Shown here piece after piece: positions 20,068 to 29,439 of a stretch of 64,000 nt of DNA; the first letter of the stretch is position 1; each line of letters opens with the position of its first letter. This stretch comes from Candidatus Hydrogenedentota bacterium (lineage in GTDB: Bacteria > Hydrogenedentota > Hydrogenedentia > Hydrogenedentales > SLHB01): assembly GCA_045863295.1 (NCBI GenBank), contig BTWA01000010.1:96001-160000 (forward strand), in the 5' to 3' direction. Made by a program: the position numbers and the translations under genes. The notes below the pieces were generated by a model that was not told the DNA's origin, did no database searches, and saw only the letters and a list, made by a program, of their open reading frames with translations.

Positions 20068-21198
20068 TCAGACCCGCAGGAAGATTTGCTTCTTGTACAG
20101 GAATCTTACAAACAAGAAGACGAATCCGATTCCGACGAGTGAGGCCACGATTTCGTCGTATTGCCCGAAGAGCGTTTCGCCCAAGGGACCTCCGGTCAGC
20201 CTTGCGCCCAGTTCGGAGAAATCGACGAAGCTGTTGACGATATAGATGGTCAGGGGGTTTGCGCCAATCCAGACGAAGGGGATGGCCCATTTTTTCCAGC
20301 CTGCGACGTCGATAATCAGGATGAACAGACCAAGCAGGATGCAGCTCCATCCGCCTGCGTAGAGCACGTAGGTTGAGGTCCATATTCGTTTTATGATCGG
20401 GAATTGGAATCCCCAGACGTATCCTGCAATGCACAGCGCAACACCCGCGGCCAGGAAGTAGAGTGATTTTTGTTTCATGTCGTACTTTGCGTTGCGGATG
20501 AGCAGACCGGCGAAGACGCCGAGCAGGCAACTGGCCACGGCAGGGAAATTGCCGAGCAGGCCTTCGGGGTCGGTGACTTGTCCGGGTTCGCGGAAGGGCA
20601 GGTAGAGGCTGTCTACATACCGGGTGAGATTGGCGTCCTTGCTGTAGGCGTTTTCGGGATCCTTTCCGGGGAACGGCACGAACGAGAGCGCGGCCCAGTA
20701 GCCGATGATGAGCAGCAGAAACGTGACGATCAGACCGCGCAGCTTGAGGTTCATGTATAGCAGACCGGCGAAAAAGTAGCAGATGGCCAGCCGTTGCATG
20801 ACGCCGACGAATGGGTTTTCGTCCGGCATTTGCGCGAAACCGTGGTCGTAGAACCAGCCGAAGAAGAACATCAAGAGGGCGCGGCGCGCGAGGCGTTTGT
20901 ATGCGCCGGTCTTGCCTTCCGTATCGACGAGGCGGGTGAGCGAAAAGACGAGCGAGACGCCGATCAGGAACACGAAGAGCGGGAAGATGAGATCGTAGAA
21001 GACGAATCCTTCCCATGGGACGTGTTTGAGTTGGGTAGCCGCAGCCTGCACCACGCCCGAATCGCTGGCTTTTCCCATGGACCGGACGAGGTCGTCGGCG
21101 CCGACGATCCAGAACATATCGAATCCGCGCAATGCGTCGATGGCCATGATTCTTCCGCCGGCAGACAGTGCCGGTTTGGCGCTGCTGGTATCGCTCAT
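20068..21198 (-). CDS. HGSNAT/NagX-like (DUF5009) membrane acetyltransferase
   Basis: IDALRGFDMFWI, HVPWEG, DLIFPLFVF, GVMQRLA, DPEGLL, PIIKRIWTSTY. Confidence 0.9.
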   Translation of the reverse strand: MSDTSSAKPALSAGGRIMAIDALRGFDMFWIVGADDLVRSMGKASDSGVVQAAATQLKHVPWEGFVFYDLIFPLFVFLIGVSLVFSLTRLVDTEGKTGAYKRLARRALLMFFFGWFYDHGFAQMPDENPFVGVMQRLAICYFFAGLLYMNLKLRGLIVTFLLLIIGYWAALSFVPFPGKDPENAYSKDANLTRYVDSLYLPFREPGQVTDPEGLLGNFPAVASCLLGVFAGLLIRNAKYDMKQKSLYFLAAGVALCIAGYVWGFQFPIIKRIWTSTYVLYAGGWSCILLGLFILIIDVAGWKKWAIPFVWIGANPLTIYIVNSFVDFSELGARLTGGPLGETLFGQYDEIVASLVGIGFVFLFVRFLYKKQIFLRV

Positions 21199-21287
21199 CG
21201 CAGACCCCCTTTGTACACGGTGCAACCCCCCCGTCGAGACGATCGCGGAATTATCTTCCCCTGTAGGCCGGAAAACAACCGGCCGGT

Positions 21288-22223
21288 TCAGACGGTTGCT
21301 TCGGCCTCCGCCCGTGCCGCTTCGATGGCGGGTTTCCAATAGGAAACCGAAGCTTTCAGGTCGGCAACGACGCGGTAGTCCGCGGGATAACGCTCGCGGT
21401 GGGAGATTTCCAGCAGCAGGGTCGTTTTTGCGACGCCGACGGATTTCAGCGTATCGATGATTTCGTTGGGGATGATTTTGCCGCGTTCATTGTATTCCGG
21501 GGTGAAGGGATAGTGACCTCCTTTGTCGAGGAGGCTTTGCTTGATGTGTATGCAGGGGGATTTAAGTCCAAAGGCGCGCAGCCACGCGTGCGGGTTGGTG
21601 TCATCGGGATTGGTGGACTGCAGGTCGCCGTGGTCGACGTCCTGGCACAGCAGCATGGGAATGGCGAACCCGATGCCGCACCTGCGCAGGATGTCTTCGG
21701 TGGCGGCAATGGTCTCGGCGCATTCTCGGGGGATGGACATGGGTTCGAAGAGCAGATAGCGCAGGCCGATGGAAGCGCCGTATTCGGCGAGCCTGCGCCA
21801 GTTGTCGACCCCTTGCTGGATACGTTTTTCGCGGATTTCCGGGTCTGCATTGTCACGAACCGACATGATGCCGAAGTGGCTTCCGGCGCCCTCGGCACCG
21901 AGATCGCGGGATAGTCTGAAGAACCGTTTGAACCACTCCACCCAGATGGCTTGTAGTTCCGGATCCGGGTGCATGAGGTGGTTTACGCGGGTGAAAGCGG
22001 AAGTGAATGTGGATTCGACGGTCACGCCTTTTTTGTTGCACAGGGAGCGAATTTTTTCGATTTCCTTGGCGACTTTATCCTCCGGCAGGAACGGATTGAG
22101 GAGGTCGGCCGTAAATTGCACCGTGTCGAGGCCGAGATCGTCGGCGACGACGCCGAGCCAGTCGTCGGGTTCGGGGAACCGGTTGATGGCAAAGCCCGTA
22201 TTGATGCCCAGTTTGATGTCCAT
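21288..22223 (-). CDS. TIM-barrel sugar-phosphate epimerase, EryC-like
   Basis: NRFPEPDD, EPMSIPRE, DVDHGD, DDTNPHAW, IHIKQSLLDKGGHYPFT match remembered Brucella EryC motifs. Confidence 0.8.
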   Translation of the reverse strand: MDIKLGINTGFAINRFPEPDDWLGVVADDLGLDTVQFTADLLNPFLPEDKVAKEIEKIRSLCNKKGVTVESTFTSAFTRVNHLMHPDPELQAIWVEWFKRFFRLSRDLGAEGAGSHFGIMSVRDNADPEIREKRIQQGVDNWRRLAEYGASIGLRYLLFEPMSIPRECAETIAATEDILRRCGIGFAIPMLLCQDVDHGDLQSTNPDDTNPHAWLRAFGLKSPCIHIKQSLLDKGGHYPFTPEYNERGKIIPNEIIDTLKSVGVAKTTLLLEISHRERYPADYRVVADLKASVSYWKPAIEAARAEAEATV

Positions 22224-22610
22224 GGTTATTTTACGTTCCGTTCATTTGGCGGGTTTTGTTTGCGCGACCTATCGGGCAGGGATCGTACTATTTTGGCGGC
22301 GTTTTGCACAAAGGTTTTGAAAGCGCTTTGACGGGTGAGGCCATGGGGCGTGTGGAGCGGATGGACCTGTTCACCTATTTTCGGTCTGGCCTTGAGCGAT
22401 GCCATTTATTTCCCCCCGGATGCGGGGTCATGCTATAACCTTGCGATTGAAGCGTCCTTGCGGCTTTTGGGCCGTTGGTGTTGGTGGGGCGATTCATCTT
22501 GCCGAGCGGGAACTTGGCACCTGATGCGCCGTGGCCCCGGTGCGCCACATTGGCAAATGCGCGTCAGGCAAACCCGCTATTCCATGCGGCAGTATTTCAC
22601 GAGGTATGCC

Positions 22611-23273
22611 ATGATCAAACTTGAGAACGTCCGGCGCAAGCTGGGTCCGGGGGTGGAGTTTTTCTGCGAGCGGTTCCAGGCGGAAGATGGAGAACAGGTT
22701 GCCCTGTGGGGTCCGAGCGGTTGCGGCAAGAGCACCATGTTGAATCTGATATCCGGTCTGCTCAAACCCGATGACGGCGTCATTGTGGTGGACAGCGTGG
22801 AGATTCAAAAGTTGAGTGCGGGCCAGCTTGACCGTTTTCGCGGCGAGCGGTACGGGTTTGTATTTCAGACTTTTAATCTTCTTGCGCCGTTCACTTCGGC
22901 TCAGAACGTATTGCTGGGCATGTTTTTCAGCGACACCATTCCTTCCAAGGAGTGGAAGGAGCGCGCGGCGGCGATGTTGAAGCGCGTGGGTCTCGAACAC
23001 CGTATCCACAGCCGTCCCGGCACGTTGAGCGTGGGTGAGCGGCAGCGGGTGGCGATCGCGCGGGCGCTGGTGAACGATCCGAAGATCATCGTGGCGGATG
23101 AACCGACTGGGAGTCTGGATCCGAAGACATCGGCCTCAGTCATGGATTTGCTTCTTGAGTTGTGCGGCGAAGAGAAGAAGACGTTGATTCTCGTAACGCA
23201 CGCGATGGATCTGGCCGAGCGTTTGCCGAACCAATTCGATTGTCACGGCCTCATCAAGGAGGACGTGTCATGA
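22611..23273 (+). CDS. ABC transporter ATP-binding protein (LolD/MacB type)
   Basis: GPSGCGKS, LSVGERQR, ADEPTGSLD, VTH. Confidence 0.95.
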   Translation: MIKLENVRRKLGPGVEFFCERFQAEDGEQVALWGPSGCGKSTMLNLISGLLKPDDGVIVVDSVEIQKLSAGQLDRFRGERYGFVFQTFNLLAPFTSAQNVLLGMFFSDTIPSKEWKERAAAMLKRVGLEHRIHSRPGTLSVGERQRVAIARALVNDPKIIVADEPTGSLDPKTSASVMDLLLELCGEEKKTLILVTHAMDLAERLPNQFDCHGLIKEDVS

Positions 23274-24598
23274 GTCTTTGGCGCATCGCATGGAATTATC
23301 TTTGGAACCGTAAACTGACCACCTCGATGACGATTATCTCCGTGGCTCTGAGCGTTGGGTTGATTACAGCGGTGCTGATCCTTCGCGACGAGACGGAGCG
23401 GCGTTTTGTGGAGGAGGGTCAGGCGTACGATTTGGTGGTAGGAACGGAAAGCCCTTTGCAGGTGGTATTGAGCACGGTTTACTTCATCGACAAACCGACG
23501 ACGAACATTCCGTTCAGCGTGTATACGAAGATGAAATCCGATCCGGAGGTATTGAACGCGTTTCCGATATGCCTGGGCGACACGTTCAATGGGTATTACA
23601 TTGTGGGCACATCGGTGTCCCTGCTGGAACACAAATTTCGGGCCAAGTCGAACGGCGAGCCTCGTGCGCCGTTCACGTTGGCCGAGGGGACGTATTTTGC
23701 GAAGCCGTTCGAGGCCGTGGTTGGGTTTGAGGTCGCGCGCGATCTGCAATTGAAGGTAGGCGACACGTTCGCCAGCCAGCACGGCACGGACGTTACGGAC
23801 GAGCATGAAGAGTTGCCTTATACCGTAACGGGGATTCTTAAGCAGTCGTTCACCCCGAACGACCGCGTGATTTTTTCCGATTACCGTTCCATGTGGCTCG
23901 CGCATGCGCACGAAGAAGGTCACGACGTCGAGGGTGCGGATGAGCATGCCGAGCACGAGCATGAGCACGGTCATGACCATGAGCACGAGCGGTTTGAAGG
24001 ATTCGATCCGCACGACGACACGAATTTGCTCGGTGTGCCCGAGGACAATCAGGAAGTCACGTCGGTACTGGCCGTGCTGGAAAGTCCGGGATTGCGTTTC
24101 AGCATCCAGCAACGGTTGCGCCGTGAACTTGGCTATCTGATCGTGGAAGTGCCGGTGAACGTCATCAAGACGCTGTACGATCAACTGTTGGGCACTGCGC
24201 GCACGATTTTGTTGTACATTGGTTATCTGGTGGTTGCGATCTCCTCGATATCGATCTTGATAGGGCTGTACATGTCTATTTTGCAGCGCAAGCGCGATCT
24301 GGCGGTGATGCGCGCGTTGGGCGCCTCTTCGGGCGATATCGTGGGGTCGGTGATCATTGAGGCTTTTCTGGTGACGCTGCTGGGCATCGGCGCGGGGTGG
24401 CTATTCGGTGTTGGGGCGACGTGGGGCCTAAGCCAGTACCTTGCCGATCGCATTGGCTTTACCGTATCGGCGTATCGGCCGTCCGTGGACCTTTTCACGG
24501 CGTATTCGGCGGTGTTGCTGATGGGGATGTTGGCGGGCTTGGTGCCGGCGTGGCAGGCGTACCGGACGGACGTAGCCAAAGGTTTGACCGAAATGTAG
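23270..24598 (+). CDS. ABC transporter permease (FtsX/MacB type) with His/Glu-rich loop
   Basis: MacB topology, SPLQVVL, PICLGD, RKRDLAVMRALGA, PAWQAYR; ATGA overlap with the ATPase. Confidence 0.9.
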   Translation: MSLWRIAWNYLWNRKLTTSMTIISVALSVGLITAVLILRDETERRFVEEGQAYDLVVGTESPLQVVLSTVYFIDKPTTNIPFSVYTKMKSDPEVLNAFPICLGDTFNGYYIVGTSVSLLEHKFRAKSNGEPRAPFTLAEGTYFAKPFEAVVGFEVARDLQLKVGDTFASQHGTDVTDEHEELPYTVTGILKQSFTPNDRVIFSDYRSMWLAHAHEEGHDVEGADEHAEHEHEHGHDHEHERFEGFDPHDDTNLLGVPEDNQEVTSVLAVLESPGLRFSIQQRLRRELGYLIVEVPVNVIKTLYDQLLGTARTILLYIGYLVVAISSISILIGLYMSILQRKRDLAVMRALGASSGDIVGSVIIEAFLVTLLGIGAGWLFGVGATWGLSQYLADRIGFTVSAYRPSVDLFTAYSAVLLMGMLAGLVPAWQAYRTDVAKGLTEM

Positions 24599-24817
24599 TC
24601 CCGGATCGCCCCATTTTGGCGCAAAAAGTTGTGCGGGTTGAAAATAACCCTGCTTAAAGTGCGACAAATCGTTGCCGAACGTGTACGGTAAGTCAGCAGG
24701 GCATCCGGCATGCCGCCGGATTTTCGTATCAGGAGTGTACTTACAGGGCAAAGCAAATCGTTCGGCGCCCGCGGCCGTAACAGCCGGCGTCGGCCAAACT
24801 GTCGAGGAGGATGGCCA

Positions 24818-26026
24818 ATGCACGGAAGTTACCGGGTTCGCGTTATCTTAGCCGCCATGGCATTCGCGGGATTCCTGTGGGAGCCCGGCGCCTTTGCTCA
24901 GTCCAATGAATTATTCCGGCCCGTGGTTTGGGGGCCGACGCAAATTCCTTCCGATTTAATTCAGTATTCGGCTGTTTTTCAGAGCCAGGGCCGTCGCCAG
25001 GATCTGCATTTTTTGAATGTCGTCCGTTCTGACGGCACGTGGGTGGTGCAGAATCTTCCGGTAGGGCTTGAGCCGGGGTTGACACAGATAGCGACCGTGA
25101 TCCCGGCCAGCCAGTTCATCAGCGGGGATTTGTATCACACGACGTTCAGCACCACGTATCAGCGGACCGCTCCGGCGTTTGTGGTTGCTCAGGCCGTTCT
25201 GCAGGTTCTGGGCGCGGCCATCAATTTTCTTGTCAATGGAGGCGCGTGCCGGGATGGGTATGGCACGTTTGTCGATCCGGGAGCTGCGCCTACTACATTG
25301 GTGTCATTTCCGCCGCCGCCGCTTCCGTTCTTCCCGCCGTTCCGGTACGTGTACCGGAGTGAAGTGCCGGATACCGAGCAGGGGCCCAACGAGTGTGCCC
25401 CGACCTCGGCGGCGAATAGTCTGGCGTGGATGGAGTCGGTTTATGACGCCATCGATATTGGTTTGACCCCGGAAGAGATTCGCGATGAATTAAAGGGTCC
25501 GGACTTCATGAAAACGAGCGCCGCGACCGGGACGAGTGACGCCGATTTCGTGTCGGGAAAGAATGCATTTGCGGAAGCGTACGATTTGCCCATTGAGACC
25601 CGGGCAGTACCGGGCGGGGTGGGTCCGGCGCCTGGAATGGACGATTTGTACGCGGAGTTGGAGCAAGGGAGCGACGTGGAGCTTTCGGTGGTCTGGCTGG
25701 ACAAGAACGGCCAACCCAATGGCGGGCATTGGGTTACGGTGGTTGGCATGATAGAGATACAGGGCCAGTACGGGGTCTATATCAAGGACCCGGATGATGG
25801 CGTGGACCAGACCCAGTTTCACTGGATCGATACCAATCCGGATGGGAAGCATTCGCTTCGTGGATATGGCGGTGCGCATGTGGTTGACCTGACCATCGCG
25901 GAGTCTGTTAAGCGGCCGGGATTGTGTGGTTCGGGTGGTGCGGCGGTGGTAGTTCCGCCGGTGGTGTTGTTGCTTGCGTTTTCCCGTCGGTTACGGCGCC
26001 GGGCCGGGCAGACTGAGAGGCATTGA
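24818..26026 (+). CDS. secreted papain-fold (C39-like) cysteine peptidase with C-terminal membrane anchor
   Basis: Signal peptide; EQGPNECAPTSAAN (Gln/Cys), GGHWVTVVG (His), IKDPD (Asp); tail GLCG-hydrophobic-RRLRRR; RBS GAGGAGG. Confidence 0.7.
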   Translation: MHGSYRVRVILAAMAFAGFLWEPGAFAQSNELFRPVVWGPTQIPSDLIQYSAVFQSQGRRQDLHFLNVVRSDGTWVVQNLPVGLEPGLTQIATVIPASQFISGDLYHTTFSTTYQRTAPAFVVAQAVLQVLGAAINFLVNGGACRDGYGTFVDPGAAPTTLVSFPPPPLPFFPPFRYVYRSEVPDTEQGPNECAPTSAANSLAWMESVYDAIDIGLTPEEIRDELKGPDFMKTSAATGTSDADFVSGKNAFAEAYDLPIETRAVPGGVGPAPGMDDLYAELEQGSDVELSVVWLDKNGQPNGGHWVTVVGMIEIQGQYGVYIKDPDDGVDQTQFHWIDTNPDGKHSLRGYGGAHVVDLTIAESVKRPGLCGSGGAAVVVPPVVLLLAFSRRLRRRAGQTERH

Positions 26027-26104
26027 CCGGGCTGTAAAACCGGTGGGAATATGCTATGATGATCCATTGGTTGTCCGGTAATCGTTGTTACAGGAGGTCG
26101 TGTT

Positions 26105-26752
26105 GTGAGAAGGCGTCTCGTTCGTGAATTAGGAACCCTTCTCGGCGTTGCCGTGATTCTGGGCGGCATTGTCGGCCTGAACATTTATATGCGGCTGGGT
26201 TCGCTGCAGCAGAAGTACACGAAGATGCGGTTGGAAGCCGAAGCGAAGCGGGAAGCGGAAGGCGTACAGCTTCTGAAATGGGATATGCTACGCAATACGA
26301 AGGGCACGCTGAAGACGGGGCCGACGTTTGATCCGGCGCTGAAGGAGTATAACGAGCGCATCGTCAACATCATGGGGTACATGACCCCGATTGACGAATT
26401 CCGGAACGCGACGCACTTCATGCTTTTGCCGATGACGCTGGAATGTTACTTCTGCGAGGCGCCGCCGTTGCGGGATATCATTCAGGTGAAGATGCTGCCG
26501 GACCAGCATGTGAATATTGTGGATCAGCCGGTGCTGATCAGCGGCGGTCTTGTGCTGCATGAAGGTCCAAAGAACCAGTTTTTTTACTCGATTGAGAATG
26601 CGTCATTGGAACCCGGTGTGTTTGGCCAGAAGATGACGAACCGGCAGTTTACCGAAGAACATATGGGCCATATGATTCAAGGGTCGGACGAATTCAAGGA
26701 AGAGATACTTCCTCCTGTGTTGGAGACGCCCGCGGGCGGACCGGCCCAGTAA
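26105..26752 (+). CDS. DUF3299-family protein
   Basis: N-terminal TM helix; LKWDML, VNIMGYMTP, FMLLP..ECYFCEAPP..IIQV. Confidence 0.8.
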   Translation: MRRRLVRELGTLLGVAVILGGIVGLNIYMRLGSLQQKYTKMRLEAEAKREAEGVQLLKWDMLRNTKGTLKTGPTFDPALKEYNERIVNIMGYMTPIDEFRNATHFMLLPMTLECYFCEAPPLRDIIQVKMLPDQHVNIVDQPVLISGGLVLHEGPKNQFFYSIENASLEPGVFGQKMTNRQFTEEHMGHMIQGSDEFKEEILPPVLETPAGGPAQ

Positions 26753-26769
26753 CGTCGATCGATGACTTC

Positions 26770-26829
26770 AACGCCTCCGGCTGTTGACTGGCACAGGCCA
26801 GTGCGGCGCCGCGAGGCGTTTTTATTTTG
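26770..26829 (+). terminator. long-stem intrinsic terminator candidate
   Basis: aacgcctc...gaggcgtt outer stem, inner actggc/gccagt, followed by tttatttt. Confidence 0.6.
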
Positions 26830-26843
26830 AATGGGCATTCCGT

Positions 26844-27557
26844 ATGAGTCACGAGCACCGGTTTTTTTCTTCGCCTGGCGAGCAGGAGCCGGAGCGAATA
26901 ACGTTGCGCGAGCAGGAGGCGCACCATGCGCTGCATGTGGTTCGATTGCGCAAAGGCGACCGCGTGATTGTTTTTGACGGGCGCGGCCGCGAGTGGTCGT
27001 GTCTTGTGTCGGAGACGGGCCGGAAGGACGTGCAGCTCGCGATTGAATCGTCGCGAACGGCGGTAGCGCCCCGATACCGGTTGGACCTGTTGTTGGGCGC
27101 GTTGCACCGTGACAAGGCGTTGGAAGAGGTGATTCAACGCGGGACGGAGATTGGGGTTTCGCGGTTTGTTTTTTTTCGGGCGGAACGGAGCGAACGTGCG
27201 GCAAAGGTGATGGACAAGTGGCACCGTTGGGCGGTGGAGTCGTGCAAGCAGTGTGGGCGGTTGTGGTTGCCGGCGTTCGCGGTGGCGGATTCGTTGGAGG
27301 CGGCGATGGCGGATACACCGGTGCTGCGTTTAATTGCCACACTCAACCGGAGTCCGATTCCTATCCGGACTTGTGTGGACACGCGGGAAGCCGCGGTGAT
27401 TGTCGGTCCTGAAGGGGATTTCACGGATCGCGAGTTGGCTTTGGCCGAATCGTTGGGCGCGAAGGCGTTCAGTTTGGGCGGGCACGTATTTCGCGCGGAA
27501 GTGGCGGCGGCGCTGGCGGCGGGGTTGGTGTTGTACGAGTGGGGCGAGTTGGGTTGA
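26844..27557 (+). CDS. rsmE: 16S rRNA m3U1498 methyltransferase
   Basis: HALHVVRL, TEIGV, ESCKQCGR, VGPEGDF, SLGGHVFRAEVA. Confidence 0.95.
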   Translation: MSHEHRFFSSPGEQEPERITLREQEAHHALHVVRLRKGDRVIVFDGRGREWSCLVSETGRKDVQLAIESSRTAVAPRYRLDLLLGALHRDKALEEVIQRGTEIGVSRFVFFRAERSERAAKVMDKWHRWAVESCKQCGRLWLPAFAVADSLEAAMADTPVLRLIATLNRSPIPIRTCVDTREAAVIVGPEGDFTDRELALAESLGAKAFSLGGHVFRAEVAAALAAGLVLYEWGELG

Positions 27558-27643
27558 TTTCGGGGCGGGCGTTTTGCGTGGATGGCGAGGAGTGGAGTAA
27601 GCTTTCTTCTGTAGTTTGTGCGGCCTATTGAGGGAGTGGGAAG

Positions 27644-27988
27644 ATGGGGGATGGCTGTTTGTTTTGCCGGATTGCGGCGGGGGAGATTCCGTCGCAGAAG
27701 GTGTACGAAGACGAGACCGTGTTTGCGTTCCGGGATATTAACCCGCAGGCTCCCACGCATATTCTGGTTATTCCGAAGAAGCACATAGCACGGATGTCCG
27801 ATTGTGTTGCCGAGGATGCGGCTTTGTTGGGTGAGGTGATGTACCGGGCGGCGGAAATTGCGCGGCAGGAAGGCGTCGGCGACGGATTCCGCACGGTTGT
27901 GAATTGTGGCGAGAGTGTGGGTCAGAGCGTATGGCACATTCACGTGCACGTACTCGGGGGGCGGCCGATGCACTGGCCGCCGGGCTGA
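27644..27988 (+). CDS. HIT-family nucleotide phosphoramidase (HinT-like)
   Basis: CLFCRI, DINPQAPTH, HIHVHVLGG, WPPG. Confidence 0.95.
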   Translation: MGDGCLFCRIAAGEIPSQKVYEDETVFAFRDINPQAPTHILVIPKKHIARMSDCVAEDAALLGEVMYRAAEIARQEGVGDGFRTVVNCGESVGQSVWHIHVHVLGGRPMHWPPG

Positions 27989-28019
27989 AGCTAAAGCAGT
28001 ATTGGATTCAATTAACTTC

Positions 28020-28886
28020 ATGCAGACCATCGATACCGAGACCCGCCTTTGCGCCGTGATCGGCAATCCTGTGGGCCATTCACTTTCGCCCGCCATGCAC
28101 AATGCGGCCTATCGCGCCGCCGGTTTGAATTATGCGTATCTCGCTTTTCGCGTCGAGGACGTGAAGGGTTGTCTTGACGGGATGCGCAGCATGCCGGGAT
28201 TTCGCGGCATGAGCGTGACCATTCCGCACAAACTTGCGGTGATGGAGCATTTGGACGCCATCGACGACGTCGCCCGTCATGTGGGCAGTGTGAACACCAT
28301 AACCAACGACGGTGGCCGGTTGACGGGCACGACCACGGACGGCCCGGGGTTGTTGCGGGCGTTGGGGGAGGCGGGCGTTGACTTGTCGGATCGACGCGTG
28401 TTGTTTCTGGGCGGTGGGGGCGCGGTTCGCGCGGTGGCTTTTGCGGTTTCTGAGTTGACGGAAGTGGAGCATGTAACTCTGTTGGGCCGCAGCCGCGAGA
28501 AGGTGGCTTCGTTGGTGCGGGACTTACGCGACAAGACGCCGGCGGATGTGTCATGGGGAACCTTTGAGGAGGATCTTCGCGAGGCTCTGGCCACGCATAC
28601 GATCGTCATTCAAGGGACGCCGGTGGGGATGCACCCGCACGAAGGCGAGACGTTGATCGATGCCGCCATGTTGCGCCCTGAGCACGTGCTTTTTGACATG
28701 GTGTACCGGCCGTTCAAGACGCGGTTGCTTGTGGAGGCGGAAGCGCGAGGATGCCAGGTGATCCCGGGAATCGAGATGTTGATTCATCAGGCGGTACTTC
28801 AATTTGAGACATGGACCGGCACGCGGTGTCCGGTTGAGGCGATGCGCGATGCGGCCTACAGCGCGCTGAAGGTAGGGGTTCGATGA
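28020..28886 (+). CDS. aroE: shikimate dehydrogenase
   Basis: GNPVGHSLSPAMHN, SVTIPHK, SVNT, GGGGA, DMVY, MLIHQA. Confidence 0.95.
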   Translation: MQTIDTETRLCAVIGNPVGHSLSPAMHNAAYRAAGLNYAYLAFRVEDVKGCLDGMRSMPGFRGMSVTIPHKLAVMEHLDAIDDVARHVGSVNTITNDGGRLTGTTTDGPGLLRALGEAGVDLSDRRVLFLGGGGAVRAVAFAVSELTEVEHVTLLGRSREKVASLVRDLRDKTPADVSWGTFEEDLREALATHTIVIQGTPVGMHPHEGETLIDAAMLRPEHVLFDMVYRPFKTRLLVEAEARGCQVIPGIEMLIHQAVLQFETWTGTRCPVEAMRDAAYSALKVGVR

Positions 28887-29395
28887 ATATTGTGTTCGTG
28901 GGTGCGCGGGGCAGTGGCAAATCGATCGTGGCGAAGGCAGTATCCCGTCGTTTGGGCCGGGGCGTGGCCAGCACCGACGCTGAAATTGTGAAGAAGGCGG
29001 GGGTGCCGGTGTCCGAGTATGTAGCCGAGAATGGGTGGGATGCGTTTCGCGACTTGGAGACGTCCGTTGTGCTGGACTTGGCGAACGGCGACGATTTGGT
29101 GGTCGACACCGGCGGCGGCGTCGTGTTGCGGCCCGAGAATGTGGCCGCGTTGAAACGGAAAGGCTATGTGATTTGGTTGCGCACGTCGATTGAGACGCTG
29201 AAGAGTCGCCTGGCCGACGCGACCGACCGCCCTTCCCTTACGGGAACCAAATCCTTTGTGGAAGAGATGGAAGAGATATTGGCGGTGCGTGCGCCTATTT
29301 ATGAGTCAGTCGCGGATTGCATTATTGATACCGATCGCCGGTCGGTGGACGAGATCGCCGCGCTGATCGAGGAGCGGATACGTCAGGCGCTTTGA
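28883..29395 (+). CDS. aroK: shikimate kinase
   Basis: GARGSGKS, FRDLE, TGGG, DRPSL, R.PIY. Confidence 0.95.
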   Translation: MNIVFVGARGSGKSIVAKAVSRRLGRGVASTDAEIVKKAGVPVSEYVAENGWDAFRDLETSVVLDLANGDDLVVDTGGGVVLRPENVAALKRKGYVIWLRTSIETLKSRLADATDRPSLTGTKSFVEEMEEILAVRAPIYESVADCIIDTDRRSVDEIAALIEERIRQAL

Positions 29396-29439
29396 CAGCG
29401 GGCTGGGGAATTGGCGGCGGCAATCGAAGGGAGGACCGG

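Noticed and set aside
19901..20245. ORFs beginning MHVKYPQRF (also 40031-40237)
   Set aside because: Translations of the MITE sequence that diverge outside it; no transposase motifs.
22515..22529. TGGCAC-N7-GC as a sigma54 promoter
   Set aside because: The -12 element lacks TTGC, and a better sigma70-type -10 lies upstream.
23940..23990. gagcat/gagcac tandem hexamers
   Set aside because: Explained by the His-Glu coding repeat in the permease; not a CRISPR or DNA-level repeat.
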